Virus record (IMG/VR): IMGVR_UViG_3300046385_000116
DNA length: 64,000 nucleotides
Origin: an uncultured virus (IMG/VR IMGVR_UViG_3300046385_000116)
Taxonomy: Duplodnaviria; Heunggongvirae; Uroviricota; Caudoviricetes
Direction: 5' to 3' (one strand)
The notes under the pieces are model-generated. The model had not been told where the DNA came from. It worked only from the letters and a program-made list of their open reading frames with translations, and made no database searches. The stretch's first letter is position 1; every line of letters starts with the position of its first letter. The position numbers and the translations under genes were made by a program. This document shows, in pieces, positions 40,235-50,891 of the stretch.

Positions 40235-41926
40235 ATGAGTGATTATGGTTATTTGGGTAACCCACACTTAAAGAAGGCAGGTGTTGAGTTACATTATACT
40301 GAAGAACAGATTGTTGAATTATCCAAATGTTCGGAAGACCCAATTTATTTTATTGACAATTATTGTATGATTGTTACACTTGACCACGGTATTCAACCGT
40401 TCAAGTTATATGATTGTCAAAAGAAAAAAATTAAACTGATACATGATAACCGTAAGGTTATTTTGATGGAAGGCCGTCAGCAAGGCAAAACAACTTCAGC
40501 TGCGGCTTATATTCTTTGGTACACATTATTTCAAGAATCTAAATCTGTTGCCATTCTAGCTAATAAATCTTCAACTGCTCGTGAGATTATGTCCCGTTAT
40601 CAGTTGATGTATGAACATCTTCCCATTTGGATGCAACAAGGTATTCGAAACTGGAATAAAGGTGACGTAGAACTAGAAAATGGTTCTAAAGTATTTACAT
40701 CAGCAACTACCGCATCAGGTATTCGTGGTAAGTCTGTTAATATGTTATATATTGACGAGGCTGCAATTATTCCAAATAATATTGCTGATGCTTTCTTTAC
40801 TGCGGTATATCCAGTTATTTCTGCTGGTACCACAACAAAGATTCTAATTACATCAACACCATTAGGTTACAATCACTTTTGGAAGTTTTGGAATGATGCA
40901 GTCAATAAGAACAATGACTTTATACCTATGTTCATTCCTTATTCTGAAATTCCAGGTAGAGATGCAAAGTGGGCAGAAGAACAACGTAGACAACTTGGTG
41001 ACCTAAAGTATAACCAAGAGGTTCTCTGTAAGTTCTTAGGTTCAAGTTTAACGTTGATTAATTCAGATACCATTGAATATATGTCAACTTGTCCAACTGT
41101 GTATTCTAAAGATGGTTTGGACTTATATGAGTGGCCAATTAAAGGTCAAAGAGATGATGATGAAAAACTTGTTGTCAAACCACACACATATTGTATAGTT
41201 GCGGATACTGCCAAGGGTGTTGGTGGTGACTATTCAGCTTTTGTAATCATAGATATTACCGAAGTACCATATAAACTTGTAGGTAAGTATAGAGATAATA
41301 AGATTGCACCTATGCTTTACCCAACAGTTATACATAAGGTTGCACATGATTTCAATATGGCTTATGTTCTAATAGAGATTAACTCATCAGAACAAGTTGC
41401 ACATATCATGTATAACGAGTTGGAGTATGAAAATATACTATTCGTTAACCGTGACAGTAAACGAGGCCAGATAGTATCTGGTGGTTTTGGTGGTGGTAAA
41501 GCACAATATGGTGTTGTTACCGATAAAAAAGTTAAACGTATTGGTTGTTTTACTTTCAAGTCCATGATGGAAGAACGAAAGTTAATCATTAATGACCCCG
41601 ATGTTATATCAGAATTGTCTACTTTTATTCAAGTAAAAGACAGTTATCAGGCTGACGAAGGTTACCACGATGACCTTGTTATGCCGTTAGTGTTATTCAG
41701 TTGGTTATCTACAAATCCTTACTTTAGAGATTTGAACAATATCAACATTCGTGAAGCAATGTATCAAGATAAGATTAAAAATATCGAAGAAAATATCACA
41801 CCATTCGGGTTCATCATCGATGGTAGTGAAGAAGAAATTTATGCAGATGGGCAAGATGTTTGGACAACCAACAAATCCGATGATAAACCTATGTTACCAC
41901 CAGGTTATTATCCATCAAATCTGTAA
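40235..41926 (+). CDS. gp17: terminase large subunit gp17
   Basis: Walker A GRQQGKT, Walker B LYIDEAA, TSTP, nuclease motifs DTAKG.GGDYS and HDDLVM. Confidence 0.96.
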   Translation: MSDYGYLGNPHLKKAGVELHYTEEQIVELSKCSEDPIYFIDNYCMIVTLDHGIQPFKLYDCQKKKIKLIHDNRKVILMEGRQQGKTTSAAAYILWYTLFQESKSVAILANKSSTAREIMSRYQLMYEHLPIWMQQGIRNWNKGDVELENGSKVFTSATTASGIRGKSVNMLYIDEAAIIPNNIADAFFTAVYPVISAGTTTKILITSTPLGYNHFWKFWNDAVNKNNDFIPMFIPYSEIPGRDAKWAEEQRRQLGDLKYNQEVLCKFLGSSLTLINSDTIEYMSTCPTVYSKDGLDLYEWPIKGQRDDDEKLVVKPHTYCIVADTAKGVGGDYSAFVIIDITEVPYKLVGKYRDNKIAPMLYPTVIHKVAHDFNMAYVLIEINSSEQVAHIMYNELEYENILFVNRDSKRGQIVSGGFGGGKAQYGVVTDKKVKRIGCFTFKSMMEERKLIINDPDVISELSTFIQVKDSYQADEGYHDDLVMPLVLFSWLSTNPYFRDLNNINIREAMYQDKIKNIEENITPFGFIIDGSEEEIYADGQDVWTTNKSDDKPMLPPGYYPSNL

Positions 41927-41929
41927 AAA

Positions 41930-41937
41930 CATAAATA
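41930..41937 (+). promoter_or_regulatory. late promoter variant upstream of gp18
   Basis: CATAAATA. The same variant occurs at 11493, 17103, 18933 and 35913, each just upstream of a virion gene. Confidence 0.7.
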
Positions 41938-41988
41938 CATAATAAAATGATGAAATAAGTTCTATGAATATTCAAAGGAGAACATAAT

Positions 41989-43656
41989 ATGGCTTTTCAA
42001 TTATCACCAGGAGTAAACGTCTCCGAAGTAGACTTGACAACAGTTGTTCCTTCTGTTGCAACTACTGTTGGTGGTTTGGCCGGTAATTTTGCATGGGGAC
42101 CAGTTGAGGAAGTATCTATTGTAACAAATGAAATCCAACTTGCAGATAAATTCGGTAAACCAGACGCCAACACATACGGTTTTTTCTTCACAGCAGCCAA
42201 CTTCCTATCTTACGGTAGTGATTTGCGTATAGCTCGTGCAGCTAATACCGGTACATTAAATGCTACAACTTCAGGTACTGGAGTTCAAGTAAAGAATGTA
42301 TTAGATTACAATCAAAATCACGCATCAGGTTCAGGTAGTGATGACTTTATCGCTAAATGGCCAGGTGCAATCGGTAACGCATTAGGTGTTTCTATTTCTG
42401 ATGCTAACACACACGTTGGTTGGACATATGCATCTAATTTCGATTCAGTACCATCAACATCTGACTATGTAACAAACAAAGGTGGTTCACGAGATGAATT
42501 ACACATTGTTGTTTACGATAGAACAGGTCAATTATCTGGAACAGCAGGTACAGTTTTAGAGAAATTTGCATATGTTTCTAAAGCTTCAGATGCTAAAAAT
42601 TCAGATGGATCTTCAAACTACTATAAAGATGTAGTTAACAACCGTTCTAAGTATATCTGGTGGGCAAAACATAACTCTGATGGTACAAATTGGGGTAATG
42701 AAGCTTACGGAACAACATTTGCATACCTAACCGCATACGACACATACACACTATCAGGTGGTGTTGATGCACCAGTTACAACAGGCGATATTCAACGTGC
42801 AATCGATTTGTTCGCAAATCCTGATTCAGTTGATGTTTCATTGTTGATGGCAGGTCCTGCAACAGGTAACACAATTCCTAACTACTTAACTACTGTTGCT
42901 GAATCTCGAAAAGATTGTTTAGTGTTTATTTCACCAGAGCAATCAGATGTTGTTGATGCTGTAGGTTCAGAAGCAACAAATATTACTTCATACCGTGATA
43001 CATTAACTTCATCTTCATATGCAGTTATGGATTCAGGTTACAAATATCAATACGACAAATACAACGATACATACCGTTGGGTTCCATTGAACGGTGATGT
43101 TGCTGGTCTTTGTGTTCGCACAGATGTTGAACGTGACCCATGGTTCTCACCAGCTGGTTTCAACCGTGGTGTAATCAAGAATGTTGTTAAATTATCTTGG
43201 AATCCTACTAAAGCAGAACGTGATACACTTTACAAAAAAGGTGTAAACCCTGTTGTAACATTCCCAGGTGAAGGCACAGTTCTTTATGGTGACAAGACAA
43301 TGTTGGCAAAACCATCAGCGTTTGACCGTATCAATGTTCGCCGTTTATTCATCGTGTTAGAGAAGGCAGTTGCTCGTGCGGCTCGTTCTTCATTGTTTGA
43401 ATTCAACGATGAGTTTACTCGTGCAGCTTTTGTAAACTTAGTAGAGCCATACTTGCGTGATGTACAAGGTCGCCGTGGTATCTATGACTTCCGTGTTGTT
43501 TGTGACACTACAAATAATACTGCTGAAGTTATTGACCAAAACCAATTCATTGGTGATATTTACATCAAACCGGCTCGTTCAATCAACTACATTCAACTTA
43601 ACTTTGTGGCAGTTCGCACTGGTGTAAGCTTTGAAGAAGTTGTTGGACAGTTCTAA
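41989..43656 (+). CDS. gp18: contractile tail sheath protein gp18
   Basis: SPGVNVSEVDLT, PWFSPAG.NRG, FDRINVRRLF, FEFND, IKPARSINYI. Confidence 0.96.
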   Translation: MAFQLSPGVNVSEVDLTTVVPSVATTVGGLAGNFAWGPVEEVSIVTNEIQLADKFGKPDANTYGFFFTAANFLSYGSDLRIARAANTGTLNATTSGTGVQVKNVLDYNQNHASGSGSDDFIAKWPGAIGNALGVSISDANTHVGWTYASNFDSVPSTSDYVTNKGGSRDELHIVVYDRTGQLSGTAGTVLEKFAYVSKASDAKNSDGSSNYYKDVVNNRSKYIWWAKHNSDGTNWGNEAYGTTFAYLTAYDTYTLSGGVDAPVTTGDIQRAIDLFANPDSVDVSLLMAGPATGNTIPNYLTTVAESRKDCLVFISPEQSDVVDAVGSEATNITSYRDTLTSSSYAVMDSGYKYQYDKYNDTYRWVPLNGDVAGLCVRTDVERDPWFSPAGFNRGVIKNVVKLSWNPTKAERDTLYKKGVNPVVTFPGEGTVLYGDKTMLAKPSAFDRINVRRLFIVLEKAVARAARSSLFEFNDEFTRAAFVNLVEPYLRDVQGRRGIYDFRVVCDTTNNTAEVIDQNQFIGDIYIKPARSINYIQLNFVAVRTGVSFEEVVGQF

Positions 43657-43681
43657 TAAATAGAGAGATAGGAGAAATCAA

Positions 43682-44227
43682 ATGGCATTTAATGTAAACG
43701 AATTCCGCTCTCAGATGGTTGGAGACGGTGCTCGCCCAAATTTATTTGAGGTGAGTATGCCGTTCCCTGCTTTTGCACTGCCAGGAAACGCACAACAAAA
43801 ATTAACATTTATGTGTAAGACTGCACAATTACCAGGTTCAACTGTTAATACGGTACCTGTGCAGTATTTTGGTCGTGAATTGAAGTTTGCGGGTAACAGA
43901 ACTTTCCAAGATTGGACAATTTCTGTAATCAATGATGAAGATTTTACTATTCGTAACGCCTTCGAAAGATGGTTGAATGGTATGAATAGTCATGCAACAA
44001 ACATCCGCACACCAGCTGCATCTACACCTAATGGATATACTGTTGACGCTGGCGTTACTCAGTATGGTAAAGGTGGCAACACATTGAAGAAATACAAGTT
44101 TATCGGTGTATTCCCAACAGATTTGAGTCCAATCGATGTTGATTGGGGTTCAAATGACACCATTGAAGAGTTTACAGTAACTCTATCATATCAGTGGTGG
44201 GAATCAGCTGAGGACAACGTAGCATAA
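43682..44227 (+). CDS. gp19: tail tube protein gp19
   Basis: GARPNLFEV, GRELKFAGNRTF.DW, IEEFTVT. Confidence 0.95.
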   Translation: MAFNVNEFRSQMVGDGARPNLFEVSMPFPAFALPGNAQQKLTFMCKTAQLPGSTVNTVPVQYFGRELKFAGNRTFQDWTISVINDEDFTIRNAFERWLNGMNSHATNIRTPAASTPNGYTVDAGVTQYGKGGNTLKKYKFIGVFPTDLSPIDVDWGSNDTIEEFTVTLSYQWWESAEDNVA

Positions 44228-44261
44228 GTATAGGGAGAGTTAATCTCTCCCTTACTTTTTA
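44227..44261 (+). terminator. terminator after gp19
   Basis: AGGGAGAG-TTAAT-CTCTCCCT stem, extended by AAGTA/TACTT, then Ts. Confidence 0.7.
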
Positions 44262-44284
44262 TAATGATATAAAGGACAAGATAA

Positions 44285-45946
44285 GTGGCTGCAATCAAAC
44301 TATTTGGCTTCACATTAGGCAATAAAGACATTGTTCAGAAAGAAAAACCTGAACAGGCTTCTTTCGCACTTCCGACCGAATCATTAGACGATGGTGCGGT
44401 AACAATCACACAGAACGCACACTATGGTACATATGTTGACCTAGAAGGTGCTGTTCGTAACGAATTAGAACTCATCACAAGATATCGTGAAATGGCAAAT
44501 CACCCTGAGTGTGACCAAGCCGTTACAGAAATTGTGGATGAGGCAATCACACATGATGATGATGGTACAGTTGTTGACATTAAGATGGACAACTTGAAAC
44601 AACCAGATTCAATCAAAAAGAAAATTGAAGAAGAATTCAAAACTGTTTTGAAGATGATGAACTTCAATAATCTTGCCGATGATATCTTTAGACGCTGGTA
44701 TATTGATGGTCGTTTATACTATCATGTAATAGTTAATGAAAAGAATTCTAAAGAAGGCATACAAGAATTGCGATACATTGACCCACGAAAGATTCGTAAG
44801 GTCAGAGAAATCAAAAAAGGCAGAGATGCTAAAACTGGTGCAGAAATCATTGCATCAACGGCTGAATATTATGTGTACAATGAAAGACCTTCAGCTGCAC
44901 AGAACTACACTGCCGGAACAAATTCAGGTTTAAGAATTGCACCAGAATCGGTTATCAACGTTAACTCTGGTTTGATGGATGCAAAAAATACATTTGTAAT
45001 CTCATACTTGCACAAAGCAATCAAAGCTTTAAATCAATTAAGAATGATTGAAGATGCGATTGTAATTTATCGATTATCACGAGCACCAGAACGCCGTATA
45101 TTTTATATTGACGTAGGTAACTTACCAAAAGGTAAGGCAGAACAATATCTTCGTGATATTATGATTAAGTATAAAAACAAAATGGTTTATGATGCAGCTA
45201 CAGGTGAGTTGCGTGATGACCGTAAACATATGTCGATGTTGGAAGATTTTTGGTTGCCTCGCCGTGAAGGTGGTAAAGGTACCGAAATTACAACATTACC
45301 TGCTGGACAAAACTTAGGTGAATTGGCCGATGTGCAATACTTCCAAAAGAAGTTATTACAATCAATGAATGTGCCATACTCAAGAATGGATCCAGCAAAC
45401 GCAGGTGGCGGCCTGGTTGGTTTAGGTCGCACAACTGAAGTAACTAGAGATGAACTTAAATTTAATAAGTTTGTTCAGAAACTTCGTAATAAATTCTCAC
45501 AGATATTCGACCATGCCCTCGGTATTCAATTAGCTCTAAAAGGTATTTGTACAAGAGATGAATGGGAAGAATTCAAAGAACAAATCTATTACGATTATAA
45601 AAAAGATAATAACTTTGTTGAATTGCGTGATGCAGAATTATTACAACAACGTATTCAAATGGTCACAATGATTGACCCATTCGTAGGTCGTTACTACTCA
45701 GCTGAGTGGGTTAAGAAGAATGTTCTTAGAATGACTGAAGAAGAAATTGAAGAAATGGAGAAACAAATTGAAGAAGAGGGACCACGGGATCCTGTTGACG
45801 CCCAAGGTAATCCAATCCAACCTGAAGTTTCACCAGACCAATACCCACCAGAAGATAATGTATCCGAACAAGATGGAACAGAATCAATGACACCAGAACT
45901 TGATGCGATGGTACAAAAGTTTTCTACTGGTATAAATAAGAAATAA
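44285..45946 (+). CDS. gp20: portal vertex protein gp20
   Basis: YRLSRAPERRIFYIDVGNLP, EDFWLPRREGGKGTEITTLP. Confidence 0.97.
   Translation: MAAIKLFGFTLGNKDIVQKEKPEQASFALPTESLDDGAVTITQNAHYGTYVDLEGAVRNELELITRYREMANHPECDQAVTEIVDEAITHDDDGTVVDIKMDNLKQPDSIKKKIEEEFKTVLKMMNFNNLADDIFRRWYIDGRLYYHVIVNEKNSKEGIQELRYIDPRKIRKVREIKKGRDAKTGAEIIASTAEYYVYNERPSAAQNYTAGTNSGLRIAPESVINVNSGLMDAKNTFVISYLHKAIKALNQLRMIEDAIVIYRLSRAPERRIFYIDVGNLPKGKAEQYLRDIMIKYKNKMVYDAATGELRDDRKHMSMLEDFWLPRREGGKGTEITTLPAGQNLGELADVQYFQKKLLQSMNVPYSRMDPANAGGGLVGLGRTTEVTRDELKFNKFVQKLRNKFSQIFDHALGIQLALKGICTRDEWEEFKEQIYYDYKKDNNFVELRDAELLQQRIQMVTMIDPFVGRYYSAEWVKKNVLRMTEEEIEEMEKQIEEEGPRDPVDAQGNPIQPEVSPDQYPPEDNVSEQDGTESMTPELDAMVQKFSTGINKK
45931..45938 (+). 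promoter_or_regulatory. T4-type late promoter (gp55-dependent)
   Basis: TATAAATA upstream of the gp67-like gene. Confidence 0.8.
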
Positions 45947-45956
45947 GGAGATTATT

Positions 45957-46151
45957 ATGGAACAAGTTCGCAATTTTATAGATTTAGTAGGACAAGGTAA
46001 TAACGTAGAAGCTAAAGCTGCTTTAGATGAGTTATTATCTGCTCGTGCTTTTGAAGCATTAGATGCTAAGAAACAAGAAATTGGTTCAACACTATTTGGT
46101 GGTCAACCAGAAGTTACTGAAGAACCTGCAACAGAAGAACCTACAGAGTAA
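45957..46151 (+). CDS. small acidic prohead core protein (gp67-like)
   Basis: Position after the portal gene, acidic C-terminus, TATAAATA promoter and AGGAG SD upstream. Confidence 0.65.
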   Translation: MEQVRNFIDLVGQGNNVEAKAALDELLSARAFEALDAKKQEIGSTLFGGQPEVTEEPATEEPTE

Positions 46152-46152
46152 T

Positions 46153-46974
46153 ATGAAGTCGTTACAAGAATTCAAATACAATCTTACCGAAGAAGAAAAA
46201 CAAGACTATCAGAAGTTTGATACTCTTGTACGTGCCGGTTTGGCAAACAAATCTCAGATTAATCGTTTGCATAAAATCTTGGGTAAAATGGGTGAAGATA
46301 AACCTGTTTTTAACCAACAAGACCGTCAGTTAATGCAAGACTTATTTAATAAGATGGTTGACCTTGTAACGAACAATAAACAAATCTTCCAACAAACTCG
46401 TAGAGCTGTTAGAGAAGAATTAGAAGAAGGTATACTTGATACGTCTGACTATAAAGTTGGACCATCTGGCCGTAAAGTAAAAGCACACCGAATTAAAGTT
46501 GGTGATAAAGCATACGGCAAAGAAGATGATATCAAAGAAGCAGAAATTGTTGAAGCTGAAACAATGAAAGGTGACCCGCCTTTTACTTTGGTGTTAAAAC
46601 GCAAAGCAATTCGTATGTATCCTAATGATACTAAAATTGCTCTGTATTATAGTGACCGATTAAAAAAGTACTTTAGTATTCCTTATTCTGATAAAGAAAA
46701 TATTGATGCACCGTTACAATCCGAAGAAACACAGATTGATGAAGCTGTAGATGTTGTTGGTAAATTACAAAAGATTAAAGATACACATCAACACGGCACA
46801 ATTAGTCATAAAGATGGTTCAGCTAGTAAAATAGATGTTCAAACTGCTCATGCATTATTAACGGTACATAAAGCACTAAACGATGAGAATAAAAAGAAGT
46901 TCTCAGATATGATGGCAAGGTCTAATCACCATATGAAGAAGGCTTCAGATTTTGCTTGGAAACAAGTTAAATGA
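46153..46974 (+). CDS. putative prohead/internal head protein
   Basis: ATG at 46153 directly after the upstream stop; within the head assembly block; contains L.EE-type protease-site-like motifs. Confidence 0.55.
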   Translation: MKSLQEFKYNLTEEEKQDYQKFDTLVRAGLANKSQINRLHKILGKMGEDKPVFNQQDRQLMQDLFNKMVDLVTNNKQIFQQTRRAVREELEEGILDTSDYKVGPSGRKVKAHRIKVGDKAYGKEDDIKEAEIVEAETMKGDPPFTLVLKRKAIRMYPNDTKIALYYSDRLKKYFSIPYSDKENIDAPLQSEETQIDEAVDVVGKLQKIKDTHQHGTISHKDGSASKIDVQTAHALLTVHKALNDENKKKFSDMMARSNHHMKKASDFAWKQVK

Positions 46975-47405
46975 ATTTGATAGATTTAATTGCACAGAAT
47001 AAACTATCAGAAGCAAAAGAGTTAGTATATAATCAACTCAATAGTATTGCTGCTGGTGCTTTAGAAGAATTAAAACCTATTGTAGTTGAAAATACTTATG
47101 TTGAAACTTTAGATGAAGCAGGTTCACCCAATAGAATTAAAATGGGTAGAGTTGTTAAGATTCGCAGACGTATTCGTAGAAATAAAAAAGGTAGAATTGT
47201 TGTTCAACGAAATGTTCGTAAATCAGCAATTAAAGGTTATAGAATTTCTGGTAACTCGGTTAAAAGAGTACCAGCTATTCAGAGAATTAATAAAGCAAGA
47301 AAATTAAAAAGATATTGGAAAACAAAAGGTAAGGCAAAATTAGGCAGAACACTCTTAAAGAGAAAGATGTCAATGCGCCGCCGCACATCGATGGGAATAC
47401 GATAA
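46971..47405 (+). CDS. basic prohead core protein (gp68-like)
   Basis: Very Arg/Lys-rich C-terminal half ending 'RKMSMRRRTSMG'; position before gp21. Confidence 0.65.
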   Translation: MNLIDLIAQNKLSEAKELVYNQLNSIAAGALEELKPIVVENTYVETLDEAGSPNRIKMGRVVKIRRRIRRNKKGRIVVQRNVRKSAIKGYRISGNSVKRVPAIQRINKARKLKRYWKTKGKAKLGRTLLKRKMSMRRRTSMGIR

Positions 47406-47774
47406 ATGGCCTATGAAATTGTAAACGCAAAGCGTTCTAAGTCAACAATTACCGTTACAGGTAATACTGCGACTAGAATTAATTTGTCACAACTATCAAC
47501 AAATACACAAACAGAAACAATTACATCTGCTTCTATTGGAGCCGTTGCAAGTAGTACCGATGGATTTTGGAAAATCTATCGTGGTAATGATGCAACTGGT
47601 ACATTAGTTTTAGATTTGAAAGATAATCATTATTTACCTTTCACACAAACAGATATTGCTATAGCTAACAGTGCAACATCAAATATCTATGTAACAAACT
47701 CAGGTACAGGTGGAACTTTAATTATACAATTATCTAAGACAGCTACTTACTCAACAGATTTGGACGCATCTTAA
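47406..47774 (+). CDS. hypothetical virion protein
   Basis: Coupled ORF within the head module. Confidence 0.55.
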   Translation: MAYEIVNAKRSKSTITVTGNTATRINLSQLSTNTQTETITSASIGAVASSTDGFWKIYRGNDATGTLVLDLKDNHYLPFTQTDIAIANSATSNIYVTNSGTGGTLIIQLSKTATYSTDLDAS

Positions 47775-47775
47775 A

Positions 47776-48426
47776 ATGAAACTAATCAGAGAAAGAGTTG
47801 AAGATGTTAATTATTTAACAGAATCAACGGAAGACGGTAAAAAAGCATTATACATACAAGGACCTTTCTTAGTTGCTGAACAAGGCAATAAGAATCGCCG
47901 CATGTACAAAATCGACACTCTACAACGTGAAGTTGACCGTTATGTAAAAGAGTATGTAGATACTAAACGTGCATTAGGTGAGTTAGGTCATCCAGATACA
48001 CCATCTATTAATTTAGAACGTGTGTCACATTTAATTACAGAATTAACACAAGACGGAAACGTTTTTGTTGGTAAGGCAAAAATTCTTGATACACCTTATG
48101 GTAACATCGTTAAGAACTTTATTGAATCTGGCGTAAACTTAGGTGTTTCTTCAAGAGGTATGGGTTCTTTGATACCAGGCGACAATGGTCTTAGTATTGT
48201 TCAAGACGATTTCCGTTTGGCTACCGCAGCTGATATTGTTGCTGACCCATCCGCACCAGGTGCTTTTGTTAACGGCATCATGGAAGGCAAAGAATGGCTG
48301 TTTGTCGAAGGTCGATACGTAGAGGTTGACATTGATAACGCAAAACGACAAATTAGAAAAGCCTCAAGTAAACAATTAGAAGAGGTTGCAATTAAGCTCT
48401 TCGACAATTTCATTTCAAAACTTTAA
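47776..48426 (+). CDS. gp21: prohead core protease gp21
   Basis: ALGELGHP, GVSSRGMGS, ADIVADPSAPGAFV. Confidence 0.96.
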   Translation: MKLIRERVEDVNYLTESTEDGKKALYIQGPFLVAEQGNKNRRMYKIDTLQREVDRYVKEYVDTKRALGELGHPDTPSINLERVSHLITELTQDGNVFVGKAKILDTPYGNIVKNFIESGVNLGVSSRGMGSLIPGDNGLSIVQDDFRLATAADIVADPSAPGAFVNGIMEGKEWLFVEGRYVEVDIDNAKRQIRKASSKQLEEVAIKLFDNFISKL

Positions 48427-48430
48427 TTTA

Positions 48431-48438
48431 TATAAATA
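48431..48438 (+). promoter_or_regulatory. T4-type late promoter (gp22-gp23)
   Basis: TATAAATA in the intergenic gap. Confidence 0.85.
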
Positions 48439-48463
48439 AGCAATCAATAAAAGGAGATTCCTA

Positions 48464-49459
48464 ATGTCACAAAACAAACTTTTTGAGGCTGCTGCTGAAA
48501 TCCTTGCTGGAACAAAAGGCAAGAACGCTGAACCAATGCCAAGCGCTGGTGCAGCCGTTGTAGATTTAGGCGGACCAACACCACAAAATTCAAAACCAGA
48601 TGATGACTCTAATAAGATTGATGCAACTAAAGCTGCTAAGTCAGCAACTGCACCAACTACTAAGCCATCTGATGCTTCACCAGATACACAAAATTCTATG
48701 AAAAAAGAAGAAGCTGAAACTCAAACTTCAGTATTTGCAGAAGATGTTAACGCATTATTCGCAGATGATTCAACTATTTCTGAAGAATTTAAATCTAAAG
48801 TTTCTACAATTTTTGAAGCACGTGTTAATGACCGTATTTCTCAAATCGCTGAAGAAACAGAAGAAAAATATGCAGGTATGTTAGAAGAAGCTGTTGAATC
48901 AGTTAAAGCTGACTTGACAGAAAAAGTTAATGATTACCTATCATATGTTGTAGAACAATGGATTGCAGACAATGAAATTGCTATCGAAACTGGCTTACGT
49001 TCAGAATTGACAGAAGATTTTATTTCTGGTTTACGTAATCTATTCGCAGAACATTATATTGATGTTCCTGCCGAGAAGGTTGACCTTGTTGAAGAATTGG
49101 CAACTAAAGTTGAAGAACTTGAAAGTCAGTTAAATGAGGAAATCGAGCGTGGCATCGAAACTAAGAAGTCATTAGTTGAATCACGCAAACAAGAAATTAC
49201 CCGTGAAGTTAGCGAAGGTTTAACAGCTACCCAAGTTGAAAAAATCAAATCACTCGCAGAGAGTGTTGAATTCTCCACAGAGGAAGAATACAAAGGTAAG
49301 TTGGAAACAATTCGTGAAAACTATTTCCCATCTGGTGTTAAAAAGGCAGATGAAGAACAACTTCATGAAGAAGTAAATATTGCTGAAGATAAAAAGCAAG
49401 TCATTAATGACCCTTATATCGCCGCAGCTATGGCAGCAATTACAAAATCAGCTAAATAA
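48464..49459 (+). CDS. gp22: prohead core scaffold protein gp22
   Basis: SEEFK.K..TIFEA, YL.YVVEQW...N..AIE.GLR.E..E.F..GL..LF.EHYI. Confidence 0.93.
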   Translation: MSQNKLFEAAAEILAGTKGKNAEPMPSAGAAVVDLGGPTPQNSKPDDDSNKIDATKAAKSATAPTTKPSDASPDTQNSMKKEEAETQTSVFAEDVNALFADDSTISEEFKSKVSTIFEARVNDRISQIAEETEEKYAGMLEEAVESVKADLTEKVNDYLSYVVEQWIADNEIAIETGLRSELTEDFISGLRNLFAEHYIDVPAEKVDLVEELATKVEELESQLNEEIERGIETKKSLVESRKQEITREVSEGLTATQVEKIKSLAESVEFSTEEEYKGKLETIRENYFPSGVKKADEEQLHEEVNIAEDKKQVINDPYIAAAMAAITKSAK

Positions 49460-49492
49460 TTAATTAAAAACAACTCTAAGGAGATAACGATA

Positions 49493-50818
49493 ATGTATCT
49501 ATCAGAATCATTACAACAGAAATGGGCACCAGTGTTAGAACACACTGATATGCCTGCAATTAAAGACCCATACAAGAGAGCTGTTACAGCTGTTGTATTG
49601 GAAAATCAAGTTCAAGCTATGCAAAAAGAAGCAGGTATCTTGAATGAAGCAACTCCAACAAACTCAGCAGGTACAGGCGGTTTCGGTAGCGGTGCTACTG
49701 CAACAGGTCCAGTTGCTGGTTTTGACCCAATCCTAATCAGTTTGGTTCGCCGTTCATTGCCTAACCTAATCGCTTATGATATTTGCGGTGTTCAGCCAAT
49801 GACAGGTCCAACAGGTTTGATTTTCGCAATGCGTTCAACATACGGTACAAGCCGCACTGTTGGTAACGAATCATTCTACAGCGAAGCTAACACAGCTTGG
49901 TCTGGTACTGGTTCACACGATGCTGTTTCATTAGCTTCTGATACATCATTAGGTAACGATAACGTATTTGCATCTGGTATGCAAACTGGTTCAGCGATGG
50001 CTACCGCAGTTGCTGAAGATTTGACACCTAACGAAATGGGTTTCATGATTGAGAAAGTTTCTGTAACTGCAAAGACACGTGCTTTGAAGGCAGAATACTC
50101 AATGGAACTTGCACAAGACTTGAAGGCAGTTCATGGTCTTGACGCTGAAACAGAATTGGCAAACATTTTGTCTGCTGAAATTCTTGCTGAAATTAACCGT
50201 GAAGTTCTTCGCACAATCTACACTTCTGCTAAAGTTGGTGCTCAAGTTGGTACAACAACAGTTGGTACTTTTGACTTGGATACAGATTCTAACGGTCGTT
50301 GGATGGTTGAAAAGATTAAAGGTTTGGCATTCCAAATCGAGCGTGAAGCAAATACAATTGCTAAGCAAACTCGCCGTGGTAAGGGTAACACATTGATTTG
50401 TTCTTCAGACGTAGCTTCTGCTTTGGCAATGGCTGGTTTGTTAGACTATCAATCAGCTCTTAACTCACAAGTTAACTTGACTGTTGACGATACAGGTAAC
50501 ACATTTGCTGGTACTTTGTTTGGTCGCATCAAGGTGTATATTGACCCGTATTTCCCTGTATCATCAACAGCTGAATTTGCTGTAGTTGGTTACAAAGGTA
50601 CAAATGCTTATGACGCTGGCTTGTTCTACTGCCCATACGTTCCATTACAAATGGTTCGTGCAGTTGACACAAATAACTTCCAACCTAAGATTGGTTTCAA
50701 AACTCGTTACGGTTTGGTTGCTAACCCATTTGCAAACGGTTCTTCACAAGGTTCAGGCGCTATTACTGCGATGAGCAACGTTTACTACCGTGGTTTCAAA
50801 GTTTCAAACATCATGTGA
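49493..50818 (+). CDS. gp23: major capsid protein gp23
   Basis: LIAYDICGVQPMTGPTGLIFAMR, ELAQDLKAVHGLDAE, YCPYVPL, FQPKIGFKTRYG. Confidence 0.98.
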   Translation: MYLSESLQQKWAPVLEHTDMPAIKDPYKRAVTAVVLENQVQAMQKEAGILNEATPTNSAGTGGFGSGATATGPVAGFDPILISLVRRSLPNLIAYDICGVQPMTGPTGLIFAMRSTYGTSRTVGNESFYSEANTAWSGTGSHDAVSLASDTSLGNDNVFASGMQTGSAMATAVAEDLTPNEMGFMIEKVSVTAKTRALKAEYSMELAQDLKAVHGLDAETELANILSAEILAEINREVLRTIYTSAKVGAQVGTTTVGTFDLDTDSNGRWMVEKIKGLAFQIEREANTIAKQTRRGKGNTLICSSDVASALAMAGLLDYQSALNSQVNLTVDDTGNTFAGTLFGRIKVYIDPYFPVSSTAEFAVVGYKGTNAYDAGLFYCPYVPLQMVRAVDTNNFQPKIGFKTRYGLVANPFANGSSQGSGAITAMSNVYYRGFKVSNIM

Positions 50819-50844
50819 TAAAACTCCCGTTAAGAGGAGTAATT

Positions 50845-50873
50845 AAAAGACCACCTTCGGGTGGTCTTTTTTT
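50845..50873 (+). terminator. rho-independent terminator after gp23
   Basis: AAAAGACCACC-TTCG-GGTGGTCTTTT followed by a T run. Confidence 0.9.
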
Positions 50874-50891
50874 ATATGGATAAATACAAGT

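Noticed and set aside
46063..46152. ORF-track starts at 46063, 51867, 53943, 62102 and 63423
   Set aside because: They overlap upstream genes or regulatory elements. Downstream ATGs (46153, 51894, 53955, 62126, 63480) fit SD position or coupling better.
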